A DNA stretch of 64,000 nt from Mizuhopecten yessoensis (GCF_002113885.1 NW_018404481.1:1435710-1499709); one strand, 5' to 3'. Positions 1 to 13,800 are shown, counted from the first letter of the stretch. Numbers and translations: made by a program. The notes: generated by a model not told the origin, from the letters alone.

Positions 1-552
1 ATTCTGTCTCTGGGTACAAATAATAATAGGTATTGGCCTAAAATGTCATGAAAAACTCCAGCAAAAGCTTAGTAAAAGTCAGCTTCTGCATTGTGTACAG
101 ATGTCTTAATATTCGTCATCAATTTCCACTTTTACATAATTTTACTTAATATTTATCAAGACTTGGCAATCCTACAAATGGTATAGCCCCCCTCCCCTCT
201 GACAGAACTTAAATACGTGTAGTGGCAGGTCGAGGATAACCATTTAGAGTCAGGTAAAACAAAGACCAGGTGACAATAGAGGGATATATCCCCTATTGTT
301 TAGGGTAGTGAAATAAGTTGGGCAACACCCTCACGGCTATACCCATTGACAATGCTGGCCAGGGGAAGCCATAGAAAACCTTGGTTCAACATTTTAACAA
401 GAATTCACACATGAAATGGAGGAAAATCTTCAAAATGTATTTGAGTCATATTAATTTTTGACACAGAAATAGGGTGTTGCCAGAGCAACTAGGGCAACAC
501 CCCTGTATCCGCCTCTGTCAAGGCTCATATAATCAGACCATTTCACATCTTC

Positions 553-1563
553 ATCTCACCTGTGCGAAGGGCAAATGTCGTTATGCAGCATCCATCGCCT
601 GACAACTTTTTCTTTAAACGACTTCTTTTGAAGAATGGAAAGGATTAGATTCATGCTTTTTGGCTGGTAGTTTTATTGGTTAGAGTCCGATAAGGGTCAT
701 ACATGTCAGAAACTTTAAACGACTTCTTCTGAGGAACTGAAATCATAGTATATTGCTGGTAGCATCATGGGAAAGAGCCAAATAAAGTTTACGAATGAAA
801 ATGACCTCGACCTATTTTATGAAGAACTGAAAGGCATAGGATCTTGCTATTTGGCTGGTAGCATGTTGAGAAGATGCCCAACAAATTTTGCGAATGAAAT
901 TACATTGACCTGCTTTCTATAAAGAACCGAAAGAGATCGATTCCTGATATATACCTGGTGGCTTCCAGGTATAAACCCGGACAAAGTTTCAAATGAAGAC
1001 CAGAAAGGCCTAGGATCATGATGTTTGGCCAAGATCAAGCAGAAAGAAAGGGCTCTCAAGTGATCATGAATGACTTTGACCAACTTTCAAGGTCACATGT
1101 GTCAAATGTGTTACAATATTTAAATAACTTATTCTAAATAACCCGATACAATAAAACACTGAGTGTATGATAGAACTGAGGGTTTTCATTTTTTTCCCCA
1201 AAAGGAATGGCATATCCCAATTTTCAAGGTCTAGGGGTGAAATCTGCTAGAAAAAGGTCTTGCTGGGATGAAGGGCTAAAAAGTTTGTTTAAAATAATGT
1301 TTTGACGCACTTTCTAGGTCACAGGGGTCAGAGGTATTAAAATCCTTAAACGACCTCTTCTCAATAACCATAGTCATAGGGATTAAGGGCTACCAAATTA
1401 GTTCAAATGAATGGCCTTGTTAGACTATATGAGAGTCATATGTGGATATTTAGCTTGTAGTTTTATTTGGTCTATTTAAATATGTTTTACCTCGGTCCAC
1501 TTTTAAGCTTAAAAGTGCGAGATTAAGACCTGGTTAACGATGCAGGCCCATTGGACCTCTTGT
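553..1563 (+). mobile_element. Degenerate Helentron-associated (HINE/DINE-1-like) non-autonomous element
   Basis: 5' CTCACCTG, internal degenerate repeats (AAACGACTTCTT, AAGGTCACA) and 3' stem-loop AGGCCCATTGGACCT-CTTGTT, like the ends at 45795 and 21891. Confidence 0.55.
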
Positions 1564-2572
1564 TTACTTTTGTATCAATGTGGTAATGTTAGCAAAAGCA
1601 TACTTTTACATTCAGATATGATAACATTAGAAAAACTCTACTTTCACATTATATATAAAATACAGATATAAATAATTTTCAACTGTGACAAAACATTTCG
1701 TTTTGTATTTAGATGTATCGGAGATATATCATTTCATATATATGGAACATATATATGTTGTTGATTTCGTGGAAAAACTCGTACAATCACCGATGTGGTC
1801 GGCATATAAATAGAACTGTTGCCTTAGGATTATATATACTGGTTTTTTAAAACGGTACATACTTTAGCCTTTTTGCATGCAATGCTTGGATTTCGTCTCT
1901 CCAAAATTAGTTAAAAAATTATCGTTCTGACTAAGCTGGTTGAAATTCAATCTTTCTGGCTTGGTGCAAATGAGGAAACAGCTTTTCAAACTGTCACAGC
2001 TGTAAAGAGTATACAAAAAAAATCATCATTTGTTCTTACTGTTAATTTATTAAGACTTTTTAAATCATAGACTTTTCAAAAATATCTGCTGTCATCGTAT
2101 ATTAACAAAACCGCACTTAATCATCTAAAGGATATTGTTACTGTTAGACTGTTCAATACTACTATAATAGCCTTATTTCATATAATATCATTTATATTCT
2201 TTTGCATTTTTACGGATGTTGTAATTTTATGTAAGCAAACACTTATTTCGCGTACAAACATGACAACAATAGCGAAACATTGTGTCTGTATTCTAGGGGA
2301 AATGTATAACCCTAAACTCGGTACCACGTATTACACACACACAATAGTAGTAAACGCGCATATATTAGTAAACAACTGGCGTCATGGCTACTTTTAGATC
2401 CGACGATTTGGCTACATTTTCAATCCACAAAATCAGCGACACGTACGTTTAAAATCTTGGAAAATCCTACTTTCTCTTCTTACTTGTATATAATGCTTAC
2501 AGCCCCTATTTACATGTATAATACAGTCAACGAATTGAACATAACAGTGGCATCGACCTAAAGTCGATAATT

Positions 2573-5500
2573 ATGGACGGGATACAGCATCCTTTTAATG
2601 TTCTTCTTTTGTGTGGCATTCTAGGTAATCCTTGATACTACTATTATCAGGCAGATCCGGATGTTCGCTGTGCGAAATACATTATGACTAATAGATGAAA
2701 ATATGTCTTTAAAATGCTCAGGTTATTACAACGGTTTTTTACATTATATACAGAAAGCAATGTTAGTAAAATATACTTTCATTTTACATATAGATTATAC
2801 AACGTAAGTAAAGATATACTTTCACATTGTATACCGATAACACCGTTTGTTAAAATATGCTTTTAAATTTTTTATACATAGTAAAATTTAAGTAAAAACC
2901 TACTTTCACTTTCACTTTCAGATTACATAGATTTTCATATTATAAATATATTGCGCAATGTTAGTAAAAACTACTTTTCACATTACATTAAACAGCGCAA
3001 TGCTGATAAAAACAAACGTACTCATTATATATAGATATTGCATCGTTCGCAAAACATAATATAAAGATAGCACGTAAGCAAAAACATACTTTCACATTTT
3101 GTATTGATAGCACAGTATTAGTAGCACACTTTCGCAGTAAAAATATATATACTTTCACATTATATTCCGATAACACAACGTTTTAATATGCAATTGTATA
3201 TACATAGAACAATTTTAGTAAAAACAGACTTTCACTTTCAGATTATATAGAAATATCGCAATGTTAGTAAAACATACTTTTAAATAATATCTAGAAGAAA
3301 AAATGCTTTTTATAAACAGTACAATGCTCGTAAAAACAAAATTTGACATTATGTATAGAGAAAGCTTTTAAACAACATACATAAATATAATACAATTTTA
3401 TTAAAAACGTCTTTAAACATAACATACATAAATATAAAACAATGTTATTAAACACGTCTTCAAACATAACATACATAAAATATAGTACAATTAAATGTTA
3501 TTAAAAACGTTTTTAAACATAACATACATAAAGATAATTTAATGTTTATTAAAAGATACTTTCAAAATATATGTAGGTAATCTAATGTTTGTAAAAAAAT
3601 ATATAAGTTACCATTGCATACAGATAACACAAGGACAGTAAAAATATACATATGTATCTTCACCATATATGCAGCTAATACAATATTATTAGCATATAGA
3701 TAACCAATGTTAATCAAAACAAATTTTCACATTATATAGAGAAAAGGCAATGTTTTTCTCACGATGTTACAAGTTATACGATAAAAAAATATCAGCAATG
3801 AAGATATTTTCAAATTGCATACAGCTATAGCATTTATTGTAAAAAATAGTAACACCATGCAAGTCGAGGTGTTTTTTTTTATTAAGAGAGACACTTTCAT
3901 ACTATGTTCATTAACTTAACCCTGTTGTATGTTCGTAGCTATTGACCAGCTCTTTGATTGTATTCTTCACATAATTATTGTCACAAATATTTTATTTGTT
4001 TCCATACTGCAATGCTATGAGGACATGAGGTAGCGTTAACATATCATTGCTGACATCACAAAATGTCACTATGTCGACGTTATAGATTATCGACAAACGG
4101 CTATTGGATACTTGACCGATATTTTATCTTTATTTTCAGTATATTTATGTTGTTCTATACCTAAGGACACAACCATGGATGATCATGATATTCGTCAGCT
4201 TCAAAACTTGACATTTACCTTAATTATTAAAGAATGATCACCTATTAAGCAAATTCTGTAGCAAATCTGATTTGTTAGGCCATCGTCAATTTACTTACCT
4301 TTTTCAGTTGTTCACGTCTGATTCTTTGTTTCTTAGCTCATGACGATTGTGATAATAATCTTCATAGATGCATCATGTTGTTCCGTGCATTTCTTAGCCA
4401 AAACTGTAAAACAAAACGTGACAATATTTCCATCATATGGATTCTGATGTCTTTCAGGATCAAACGGCAAACTTTCCTGGACTTGACAGGAAATATCATG
4501 ACGGTTGCAGGAAAGTCTAATTTTATATTGAATTATGTTTTTGCATGATTTCATGTCATTTAGCTTTGTTTTTGGTGTCTCGTCGATCGGTTTTGCTGTC
4601 GTCTTTTTCCTATTTCCATATCCAGTTTGTCCTTGTATGTTTATGCAACAGTATATATTTTTCATAAAATTTAGTACAGGAAGAAACCTTGATATTTACA
4701 TTCTCCCGATAAAACATATCCTCGAAATTCCAGGGGTTACACTCGATTACGTTCCCTGCACCCCTGGGATATGTCATGAGAAAAGTGAGGCACAAAGTTA
4801 GATAATTAATTGGCGGTTTCATGTATAAAAGGACTGACCAATCGCTAGGCTGTTACATGTCCTTTTTAAGATTACAAAGGAGCGACACCCGACTTCTTAG
4901 CATGTCAATGTTATCGTTATGCAGCTTGGGTCCTTTTGATGAACATCAAAGGATCAACTAGTCTATCTCTCAAACGCAAGGTTGTGCAAGCAGAGCCTCA
5001 AATTTGGTCATGACAAACTTTAGGGGTGCCGAGAATGTAAGCGAGTTACCACTGGAATCTTGAGGATGCCGATAGCACTACCTTTCATAATATGTCATTT
5101 ACAGCAGGTTTGATTTCAAATTAATTTGATTGTTAATACAAATAAAGATAATTACAAGTAAGACAGAATGAATATAACTACATATGTTTTAACAAAGGGG
5201 ATAAGACAACAGTCAGCCTCGATTATCCAGGGGTTCGCTTATGGCAAGCCAAGTTGTCATTTATGCATGGAGCAATGTTGCTCCAGTACTTAACCAAATT
5301 ATATAAGATATCTTATTTACTTATATAAGATATCTTATATACTTCATGAGATATCATATATACTTTATAAGATATCTTATATAATAAATGAGATATCTTA
5401 TATATTTTATAAGATATCTTATATACCTTTCTTTATAAGATATCTCATAAAAGATGTAAGATATCTTATAAAGAAAATTAATTGAGATATCTTATAAAAG

Positions 5501-8188
5501 ATATTAGATATCTTATATATTATATATAAGATATCTTATAAAAGAAATCAGATATCTAATAAAGAAAGGTTTATGAGATATCTTATATCTTTTATAAGAT
5601 ATCTTATATACTTTACAAGGTATCTATAAAAGATATAAGATATCTCATAAACCTTTCTTTATTAGATATCTGATTTCTTTTATAAGATATCTTATATACT
5701 TTATAAGATATCTTATATAATATATGAGATATCTTATATATTTTGTTTAAGTACTGGATCAACATTGCTCCATGAATAAATGACAACTTGGCTTGCCATA
5801 TTCGCTCACTTTCGCTCTCTGCACCCCTGCACCCTATATATCATAGCAAATTTTAAGGTACGCGGCTAGCTATTTGATTGGTGTCAGGTTACAAAAAACC
5901 TGACCAATCACTACTTGTCCTTTGAAGATTACAATGGAGCGACGCCCGACTTCAACGTCAATAGATTTTACCGTTCAAACTGGTCTTCTCGTCTCATCCA
6001 CAAGGCAGTGCACACTGAGACCTCGATTTTGCTCGAAAGGCGATGGACAACAGGCTAAGCCTATATTTTATTTTCTATAGATAACCGGAATCCAATTATT
6101 TTAATTTCATTAATATATATATATAAGTTTTGAGTGATAGATAGTAGGACAATAACGGAATAAATGATTTATGTGCTGTAATGAAAGAACGCCTTCTCAC
6201 TCACAGCGGGTTAGTCTGGTCATACTTTGTATAAGGGCTTCTTTCTAAACATCATGATGACATTTTGATGATAAATAGAATAGTCACCGCTCTGTGCTGT
6301 TTACGTGGTATCTCAAATCTTCTTCTTTAGGTCTGGTAACCTGCCAAGGTGATATCAAGGACTTTGCTGTATGTGAAGGGTTCGGCTGTGAAGATCCCAT
6401 TACATCTGAGTTTATGTAGGTATTACATAATATCCTTACTCTTTGTTTAAATTGTGATCCCCCCCCCCCCCTAAATATTTCTAGCTTGTCATTGAAATAT
6501 CCTTACACCTTTTCATTGGAGGCAGCAATGTAGTTATCTATTTTATAACATTGACAAAGACGTTTAAGTTACCAAATTTAAAATGGTAGTTCTTATTGCC
6601 TGCTTACGTTCAGCGTTTAAGGAAATGACAAACACTGGTTGACCCGTTGTCAGTATAATGTGACCTGGCGGAATGCTGTGCTGAGTGCCTTCGGCATGGT
6701 GTTTCAGTGAGATAGCACTATCAATTTGGCATCAGATCCGCGCTATCACAAGGAGATAATATGCACAATAAGTTGTTATAACTTGAATAATTCGTCCTCA
6801 AAATCCCAGGGGTAATGCTCACTACTTTCTCTGCACGTATATAAGCGCGACCAATGGATTCTCGAGGATGAGGTCAACTTGGTCACGGTTATACATGTAC
6901 GGAAAAAGATGAAGATAAATGGTGTGTTAAATATCACGGTTCTTAAACCGAGTAGGTGAAAACATTTCATCATTGTAAATATTCATTTTTCAAATTGTAC
7001 AGGCATTCCTATTCAACTACAGAAAATCAGGCAGACGAATCTGGATGGGATCGTAAGTAAAATAGACTGATATACCATACTTAAACACTAGTCATATTTA
7101 AAAAGAGAAGTATCAAGTATTACTAACGTAAATTGTACATCTGTAGCAAAGCAAAAATACATGAAATGTGGTAAGGTGTAAATGTCTAGTGAATCTAGAA
7201 AATGAAAGGTTGATCATATTTTCAATGAGAGTTCACTCAGAAATCTTAACAGCAAAGTTAATTGTAAAGTTTTACTCAGAAACCGAAACGTTGTTCGACC
7301 TTTATAATAGCATTTAAGGATCCCTGTCTCACTGCAGGAAAAACACTAGATAATTCCACTATATTTTTTCGACATTTTTGTTGGATATACAACTGTATAT
7401 GAAGTGCGACTTTGCCAGTCTATTAACGTACGCTGGCCCGACAGATGAAAAAGATTTCGGCAATGGTGCCGGGATCTTTAAGCTATGATAAGAATATTTT
7501 AGCTATATCATTTCAACAAAGTTGGTCCAGTAAAACTACATGACCTTTATATCCATCGACAATGATGTAAATTAGTTCACATTCTATGATGATATATAAG
7601 CAGTGCTTTTTTGTTGAACGTTTCAATGTACATGTTACAGATACCGTAAACTGTAGCGACCTAAGCTATGCCAGCAAAGCTCAGTGGGGAGGCAAGACAA
7701 CAGCAAAATACGAAAACATGAAAAAGAAAGTAAGCATCGTTTTCATCCATCACACTGTTCTAAGTCACTGTTCCACGGGGCCCGACTGTGTCCATGCGGT
7801 GAAGAAGGTTGATGAACTCCACAGAGGTTCGTTTGGCTGGGATGATATTGGATACAGCTTTCTTGCTGGTGAGGACGGAAGGATTTACCAAGCACGTGGA
7901 TGGGACCGCGTCGGTGCACACACAATAGGGTTCAACAAAATAGCAATCTCTATATGCGCTATGGGGAATTTCATGCTCCAGGCTCCAGACCAGAAATTGC
8001 TGGATGCAATACAATCTCATCTTGACTGCGGTGTGGTTTCAGGCAAACTGGAACCCGATTACAAGCTGTATGGTCACAGGGATGCTATCGATACTGAATC
8101 TCTTGGAGATTTCCTGTACGACATCATTAAAACATGGCCTCATTTCGATCGGGACACCCCTCGGAAGATCAAACCCCCGATTCTGTAA
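2573..8188 (+). CDS. PGRP: Peptidoglycan recognition protein (short secreted PGRP, amidase_2 fold, ~244 aa); exons 2573-2624, 6331-6415, 7003-7052, 7641-8188
   Basis: Last exon encodes PGRP motifs: IHHT, GWDDIGYSFL-GEDGRIYQARGW-GAHT, GNF, LYGHRD, LYDIIKTWPHF. Three upstream GT-AG exons join in consistent phase (52+85+50+548=735 nt) and give a signal-peptide-like N-terminus MDGIQHPFNVLLLCGILGLVTCQG. The upstream exons are less certain than the domain exon. Confidence 0.88.
2750..3850. repeat. Degenerate AT-rich tandem repeat (core AATGTTAGTAAAAA-ATACTTTCACATTAT) in PGRP intron 1
   Basis: The core recurs roughly every 45-55 bp. A related copy is at ~1585-1660. Confidence 0.7.
4730..6030 (+). 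repeat. Two adjacent copies of an unclassified interspersed repeat (4730-4990 and 5227-6030, the latter split by a MITE)
   Basis: Shared CAGGGGTT...CTGCACCCCTG...CTGACCAATC...AAGATTACAA-GGAGCGAC-CCCGACTTC. Fragments also at ~6805 and ~53675. Confidence 0.65.
5240..5800. mobile_element. IS3EU-like non-autonomous DNA transposon (MITE), ~55-bp TIRs, 6-bp TSD
   Basis: TIR TATGGCAAGCCAAGTTGTCATTTAT...AGTACTTAA and its reverse complement. TSD TTCGCT at 5234-5239 and 5801-5806. Interior is an array of ATAAGATATCTTAT palindromes. Confidence 0.8.
6570..6760 (+). mobile_element. Meta-domain SINE fragment
   Basis: GGTTGACCCGTTGTCAGTATAATGTGAC...CTTCGGCATGGTGTTTCAGTGAGATAGCACTAT resembles the recalled Meta-SINE central domain. 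Confidence 0.6.
7318..7477. mobile_element. Kolobok-like MITE (TTAA TSD)
   Basis: TTAA-GGATCCC ... GGGATCT-TTAA, with purine-purine/pyrimidine-pyrimidine termini. Confidence 0.5.
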
Positions 8189-8349
8189 TCCTTTTACAAG
8201 TGATATATATAGCTTTTTGAAATACTCTTCATACTTTTTGATATTGTTGAATTTAATTCAAGCATGCAGTAGTATTTTAGCTGATGTGGATTCATGTTCT
8301 GTCTTTGTCCTTCATGCACGTTCCGTTATCTTTTTTTTTACATTTTAAA

Positions 8350-9000
8350 CTTAAAAGGCAAATTCTACTGAGCTGATTTAGCCGAAAATATGAAAAAACT
8401 CAAATACATATATGGCCGCAATGGCAGCCGTCTTTGATTTTTTTTTTATATATACTTAAATTCAAATTCTATTGGAATGATTTCACTGAAATTTATTTGA
8501 AATGATCCGCGTAGAATTCAAACCAATTCTTGCTATTTTAAAGGATCTGATTTCGAAATCCAATTCATCCGCCATGGGAGCCATCTTGAAAATCCTTTTC
8601 TACCTTAAAATTCGAATTTTGCTGGAATCTTTTTCGCTGAATATAATTCAGTGATTGATGTATGGTCAAAACCAATTTTCGTTATTTTTAGCCGATTTGA
8701 ATATGGTAGCCATCTTGAAAGTCAATTTTTAACGAAAACATCATTACTGGTTTTGCTGAAATAAAAGGTGATTTATCAGTTCATTGTCCAGAGAAATTTC
8801 TGCTATTTTGAAGCTGTTTTGAAATAGTTTCCATATGATACTGGCTATCTTGAATATATTTTATTTTTAACTAGTTTAACTAAATTGATTTTAATGTAAT
8901 TTATTTGAAATGATCGGTGTATGGTATTGATGAATGTTTTAGACCAATTCTTGTTGTGTTTTTTAACCGAAATGTATTGCATGCCATCAATTTTTTTTAA
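8350..9000. repeat. Degenerate internally repetitive element (GCCATCTTGAA / TTGAAATGATC units) downstream of PGRP
   Basis: About five diverged units with recurring GCCATCTTGAA and ACCAATT-TTGCTATTTT. Confidence 0.5.
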
Positions 9001-9704
9001 AGCAACAAAGACAATATTACTTCATCGTGATTTGTGGTTTCATTCAGTTCAAAAACTGTTTTATCAAATGGAGGAACAGCCGTTTTGCTGTAACAATTTA
9101 ATTGACACTGTAATTTCTATGGTTGCATATTAAGTTCTGTCAGGCAGCGAACATCAAACAGAAACCGAATCACTCATAACTTAGTTTGATGTCATGATTG
9201 GACCTCTATTACTCACAGACAGTTTTCATGAATGACCCAAGCAGTTTCCGATTGGAAAATATCCACGTTTACAGCACTTTTTGTTGGTAGATTTATCCAA
9301 GGGCTGAGCAAAGAAAATGTAAATATTTGTACTTGTGTCTATGTGTCCATTTCTGTATTTATTCCATCTAACTTGTTTAAGTTTGCATTAAGTTTCCCTG
9401 TCCTCCTACATGTACTGACCATTTTGCTTAATGTCTTGTCGTTTATTTTGAACTCTTTGAATAATAAATTATATATTGAGTGACCTCTTTGTTTGTTATT
9501 ATTTTACAGATGTATTTTGTGGACAATGGGGTAATGCAATGAATTATGTTGTCAAAATGGAAGATGATATCACAAAGAACTGTTATTTGACATCACTAAA
9601 AGAAGATTGACCATTGATAAAATGTCCAGGGTGTTACCCAAAATGTTTACAAACTCCTAGCAGTTTTATTCTATGAGTAAGGAGCGAGGAAACTTATAGT
9701 GGTT

Positions 9705-10245
9705 AATATAAACTTTATGGAACATCTTATTTCAACTTATGTTTATCTGGCGAAAAAAAAAAAAGTCTGGTTAGGGTTGCATTGGCAAAAAAAAAAGGGG
9801 AGGTAGGTCAGATTTTTTTTTTTTTTATATTTTTGGTCATGTGATTATGACCCTACTATTGTATGTAAAACAGAGAATTACATAAACAAGGTTCATTTGG
9901 AGGCAAATTCTATTCTGCTCCATATGATGACATTTAGCGCCAACACAGAGCTGGAAGCCATTTTGAAAGGCAAGGATCCTTCTAAAATTCGAAAATCAGC
10001 AGGGTTTTTTGGGGGGGTTTTTTCATCAAAAAGTTTTGGGTCGGGGTAAAAAGTTAGGGTCGGTCGGGAACCCTAAACAGAAACCTTTTTTTTTGGCCTC
10101 ACTGTTGTTGGCCTGGATGTAAGTGCACGGGGGATCAACGTGGTTGGGCAAGTGACGACGTACCTTTTCACGTTTGATCGGGGAATCAAATACTGGCCGC
10201 CTTGGTGAAAGGCAAGTGCCCTATCCACTCCACCACCTGACCACC
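9705..10245 (-). mobile_element. tRNA-derived SINE (same family as 51210-51440) with 12-bp TSD, interrupted by a DNA-transposon MITE
   Basis: TSD CTTATAGTGGTT at 9693-9704 and 10246-10257. Head and tail align to the 51210-51440 copy, and the V-domain core is deleted. Confidence 0.75.
9749..10098. mobile_element. MITE with GGC(C/G)AAAAAA... TIRs (Zator-like, tentative) nested in a SINE
   Basis: GGCGAAAAAAAAAAAAAGTCTGGTTAGGGTT ... AACCCTAAACAGAAACCTTTTTTTTTGGCC. Removing it restores the SINE tail. Confidence 0.6.
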
Positions 10246-10833
10246 CTTATAGTGGTTGTTAGATTGTTTATAAACCCTTTCATCCCTATGTAACTTAAGT
10301 AAACTCTACCATGTATTTATCTGGATGAGTCCATTATGGTCTACATTCATTCTGTTTGAAAGAAAAACGTTTCTAAATTAAGATGCCCACTCATTATCAC
10401 CAATACCAAGCACCCTTACTACATCATTAATGCACATGAATACTGTTATACAAGTACCAACTGTTTAATTGGTAAAAGTGAGCAACTGACCAAAGACACA
10501 TCTTTCACAGACAAATATTGAAATGACAAATTGAAAGTTGATTTTTTTATTGAAGAGTTTTGAGAATTTTTTTTCATATCCAGATCCCTTCAACAGTGGC
10601 TGAGCTACCAATATACACTTCTTAATTATAAGTGCTATCTTTGAGACTTTCAACAAGAAAAATATTTTCTATAAATATTTATTACAACTTTTTAACAGGA
10701 CATTTCACTCAAAACAATTGCCCCACAAGTACACAGTCGCTTTGAAATGATGAAATCATTTCAGCATGTAAAAAGTTTGCTCTATAATGTATCGCAAGAT
10801 GTTCTTTAACATCACACTGCTGGTGAAGACACG

Positions 10834-13800
10834 TTAGCGAGACAATTTTGTGTCGTGATCCTTTGTTTCCATTTCACGAACAGTAGCAAGCTCACTCTCA
10901 GAGGCAGTGGGGGGGTCCCCAGACTCGGCAAACTGACCCAAGTCCTCATCATAGTAACGGTCACAACGTGTCGTCTTGTACTCGTGCCTGGCACGGTCTG
11001 GGATCTTCGTTAACTTCACACCTAGATCTTCAAGCGTGGGTAGACCGGTTGGCTGGTCATTGACAAAGTCCTTCAAAAATAGTCAAAAAACAACTAGATG
11101 TAAGTTATTTACAACAACAGTGGAACCTTTCCTAGAATCATTTGAAGGGAAAATAAGAGTACCACAAGGGCGGTACTTATCGATTCTCTTACCCTGGACA
11201 TGTGTATCCACACTTTTCATGTTGTGAGATATCCTTGTCTCACCCTAGGGTTGTGACGAGGAGATTGCCCTATGCATAACAATTGTATGACTGCATTTAG
11301 CATGTAACGTTAGCCCATCTTATTCCCAAGGGGTGAGAGATCCTAATAATCTTACACTGGGAAAAGTGTGGATACACCTCTTCAGGGTAAGAGAAAATAC
11401 ACACCCATCTCATGCCTTGTGACATCCCCTTAGACTCCTTGTATAACAGAGGGACAACCCTAGAATTCTTCCGATACATTCTTGAAACAAAACACACCAA
11501 AACATTGAAGTGAATTGAGAGGAAACTACATTTGTAGTACTGTATACCAGGAAATTTTCATCTAGTAAATTTTTCTCCCTTCTACAGTAATATCCATTTT
11601 CATCCAATACTAAATTCACCCTTCTCATTGGATTTTTATGTATACATATATTATATAATATTGTCCCTTATCATTGGATTTTTATGTATACATGTATTAT
11701 ATAATATTGTTTTCCCTTCTCATTGGATTTTTATGTATACATGTATTGTATAATATTGTTTTTCCCTTCTCATTGGATTTTTATTTATACATGTATTATA
11801 TTATATTGTTTTCCCTTCTCATTGGATTTTTATGTATACATGTATTGTATAATATTGTTTTCCCCTTCTCATTGGATTTTTATTTATACATGTATTATAT
11901 TATATTGTTTTCCCTTCTCATTGGATTTTTATGTATACATGTATTATATTATATTGTTTTCCCTTCTCATTGGATTTTTATGTATGCATGTATTATATAA
12001 TATTGTTTTCCCTTCTCATTGGATTTTTATGTATGCATGTATTATATAATATTGTTTTCCCTTCTCATTGGATTTTTATGAATACATATATTATATTATA
12101 TTGTTTTCCGTTATCATTGGATTTTTATTTATCACATAATGTACCGTGTTATCCAGTGAATATACCCATGTCATATTTTTTGCGTATTAACCCATGTAAT
12201 ATGACCTATCAGCCCTGTGATTGGTTGTAAGTTTCAATTGTTTCAATTGTGATGTCACGCCTAGGACAAGTACATGACATCACAGATTAATGCACTGGAG
12301 TCAAAATGGTGGCTTTTTACATTTCAAGGTTGCATGAGAATTGTCGTTTTACAAGAATAAATGCCAAATATCTTGATTATGTGATAAAAAGGATCTTACA
12401 CTCGTTTTCATTTCATATGAAGTCAATGAAACTCGCCACAAATTTTTCAATTTAGCGAGCCTCTCGGTCATAAATCTCATATGAAATGGAAACTCATGTA
12501 AGATCCTATATGTATACATGTATTATGTTGCTCACTACGGTTTGCTGTAATGATAAATTTGCCTAATTACGGAGGACAGAAAAAGGCGAACAATTTCCAG
12601 TATACAGTATGTTACTCACTTAAGCTTATACTCAGTAATGAGCTGAAGAGAAATTTTCCTTTGCCGAGTCCGTAAAAAGCCGCTAGTATTTTTCCAACGG
12701 GTGTGACATCAGCTTATTGATAGAATACCTGGCCCCATTTGTATAAACATCTCAACTCTTGAGATTTCCTCAAGTCTAAGATTTCCCATAGACAATACAT
12801 TGCTTGAGATTTTCCTCAATTTTGAGATGTTTTATACAAGTGGGGCCTGGTACTCCAATAAATTTCCTTAACTAACAATTTTCATTAAATTATTTTACGA
12901 AGACATTTATCATGTTTCACTCAATGGCCTTTTCTTTTACATCGTGTATGAATAACTGCTCACTTGAAACACTATAGACAATAAATGTGATTTAACCATA
13001 ACACAAATATCGCACAAATCACAGGTAATTTACAGTAAACATCTAAAATAACTTTAATACACAGACTTACCTGGTTCAGTGTGTACAGATTATGAAGTCT
13101 GTACAGACTAAAAGGATTACGAGGGTCTACGTATCTCATTTTCATTCTGAAAATACAAAGAGAATGTTTTAACTGGTTCACATTTATACAGTAATTACTT
13201 TAAAAGTGGGAACTTTTGTGAGTTGAACTGATCCCAATGGGAGTTTTCAAACAATATAAATTGTGTACCTTTTTTAAATTTTTGTACTGATAATAATTTA
13301 GTCGAGTTAAAATACATTTAATATAATCCAAAACAATTGGACATGCGTTATAACATCTTACAAGATGTCCTTTTCCTTATAACTAATATACGGCGGTTTT
13401 ATAGTGGCTGCAGATACAAAGTGGTGACTTAACCCTTTCAGCACTGTAGACCATAATGGACCCCTCCATATCAATGCATGGTAGAGTCTACTAAAGATAC
13501 ATAGGGGTGAAAGGGTTAAAAATATTTAAAAACAACCTAGATCACAAGGATACTATGTGTGATATAATGATACTGTAAGGGTACTTATTAAGCACACTCA
13601 AATTTTAGCACATTATCAAATTTTAACAGACTTATAGTGCATTGATGAATTGGTGCAACCGCAATTACACAATAAAAACTGATATACAGGAACTTCAATT
13701 GGCCCAATCATAATTTAACGCAATATCTAAAATAGCGCTAAAATAAGGCCATCACTAAAATATGAACACTCACAGTAGTATCATGGTAAATCGTTATGCA

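Noticed and set aside
7586-7640. ORF-track start for PGRP (MMIYKQ...)
   Set aside because: Intronic; the acceptor TTACAG at 7640 and in-phase upstream exons give a better model.
11674-12230. Hydrophobic repetitive ORFs
   Set aside because: Products of the 49-bp minisatellite inside a NDUFA9 intron.
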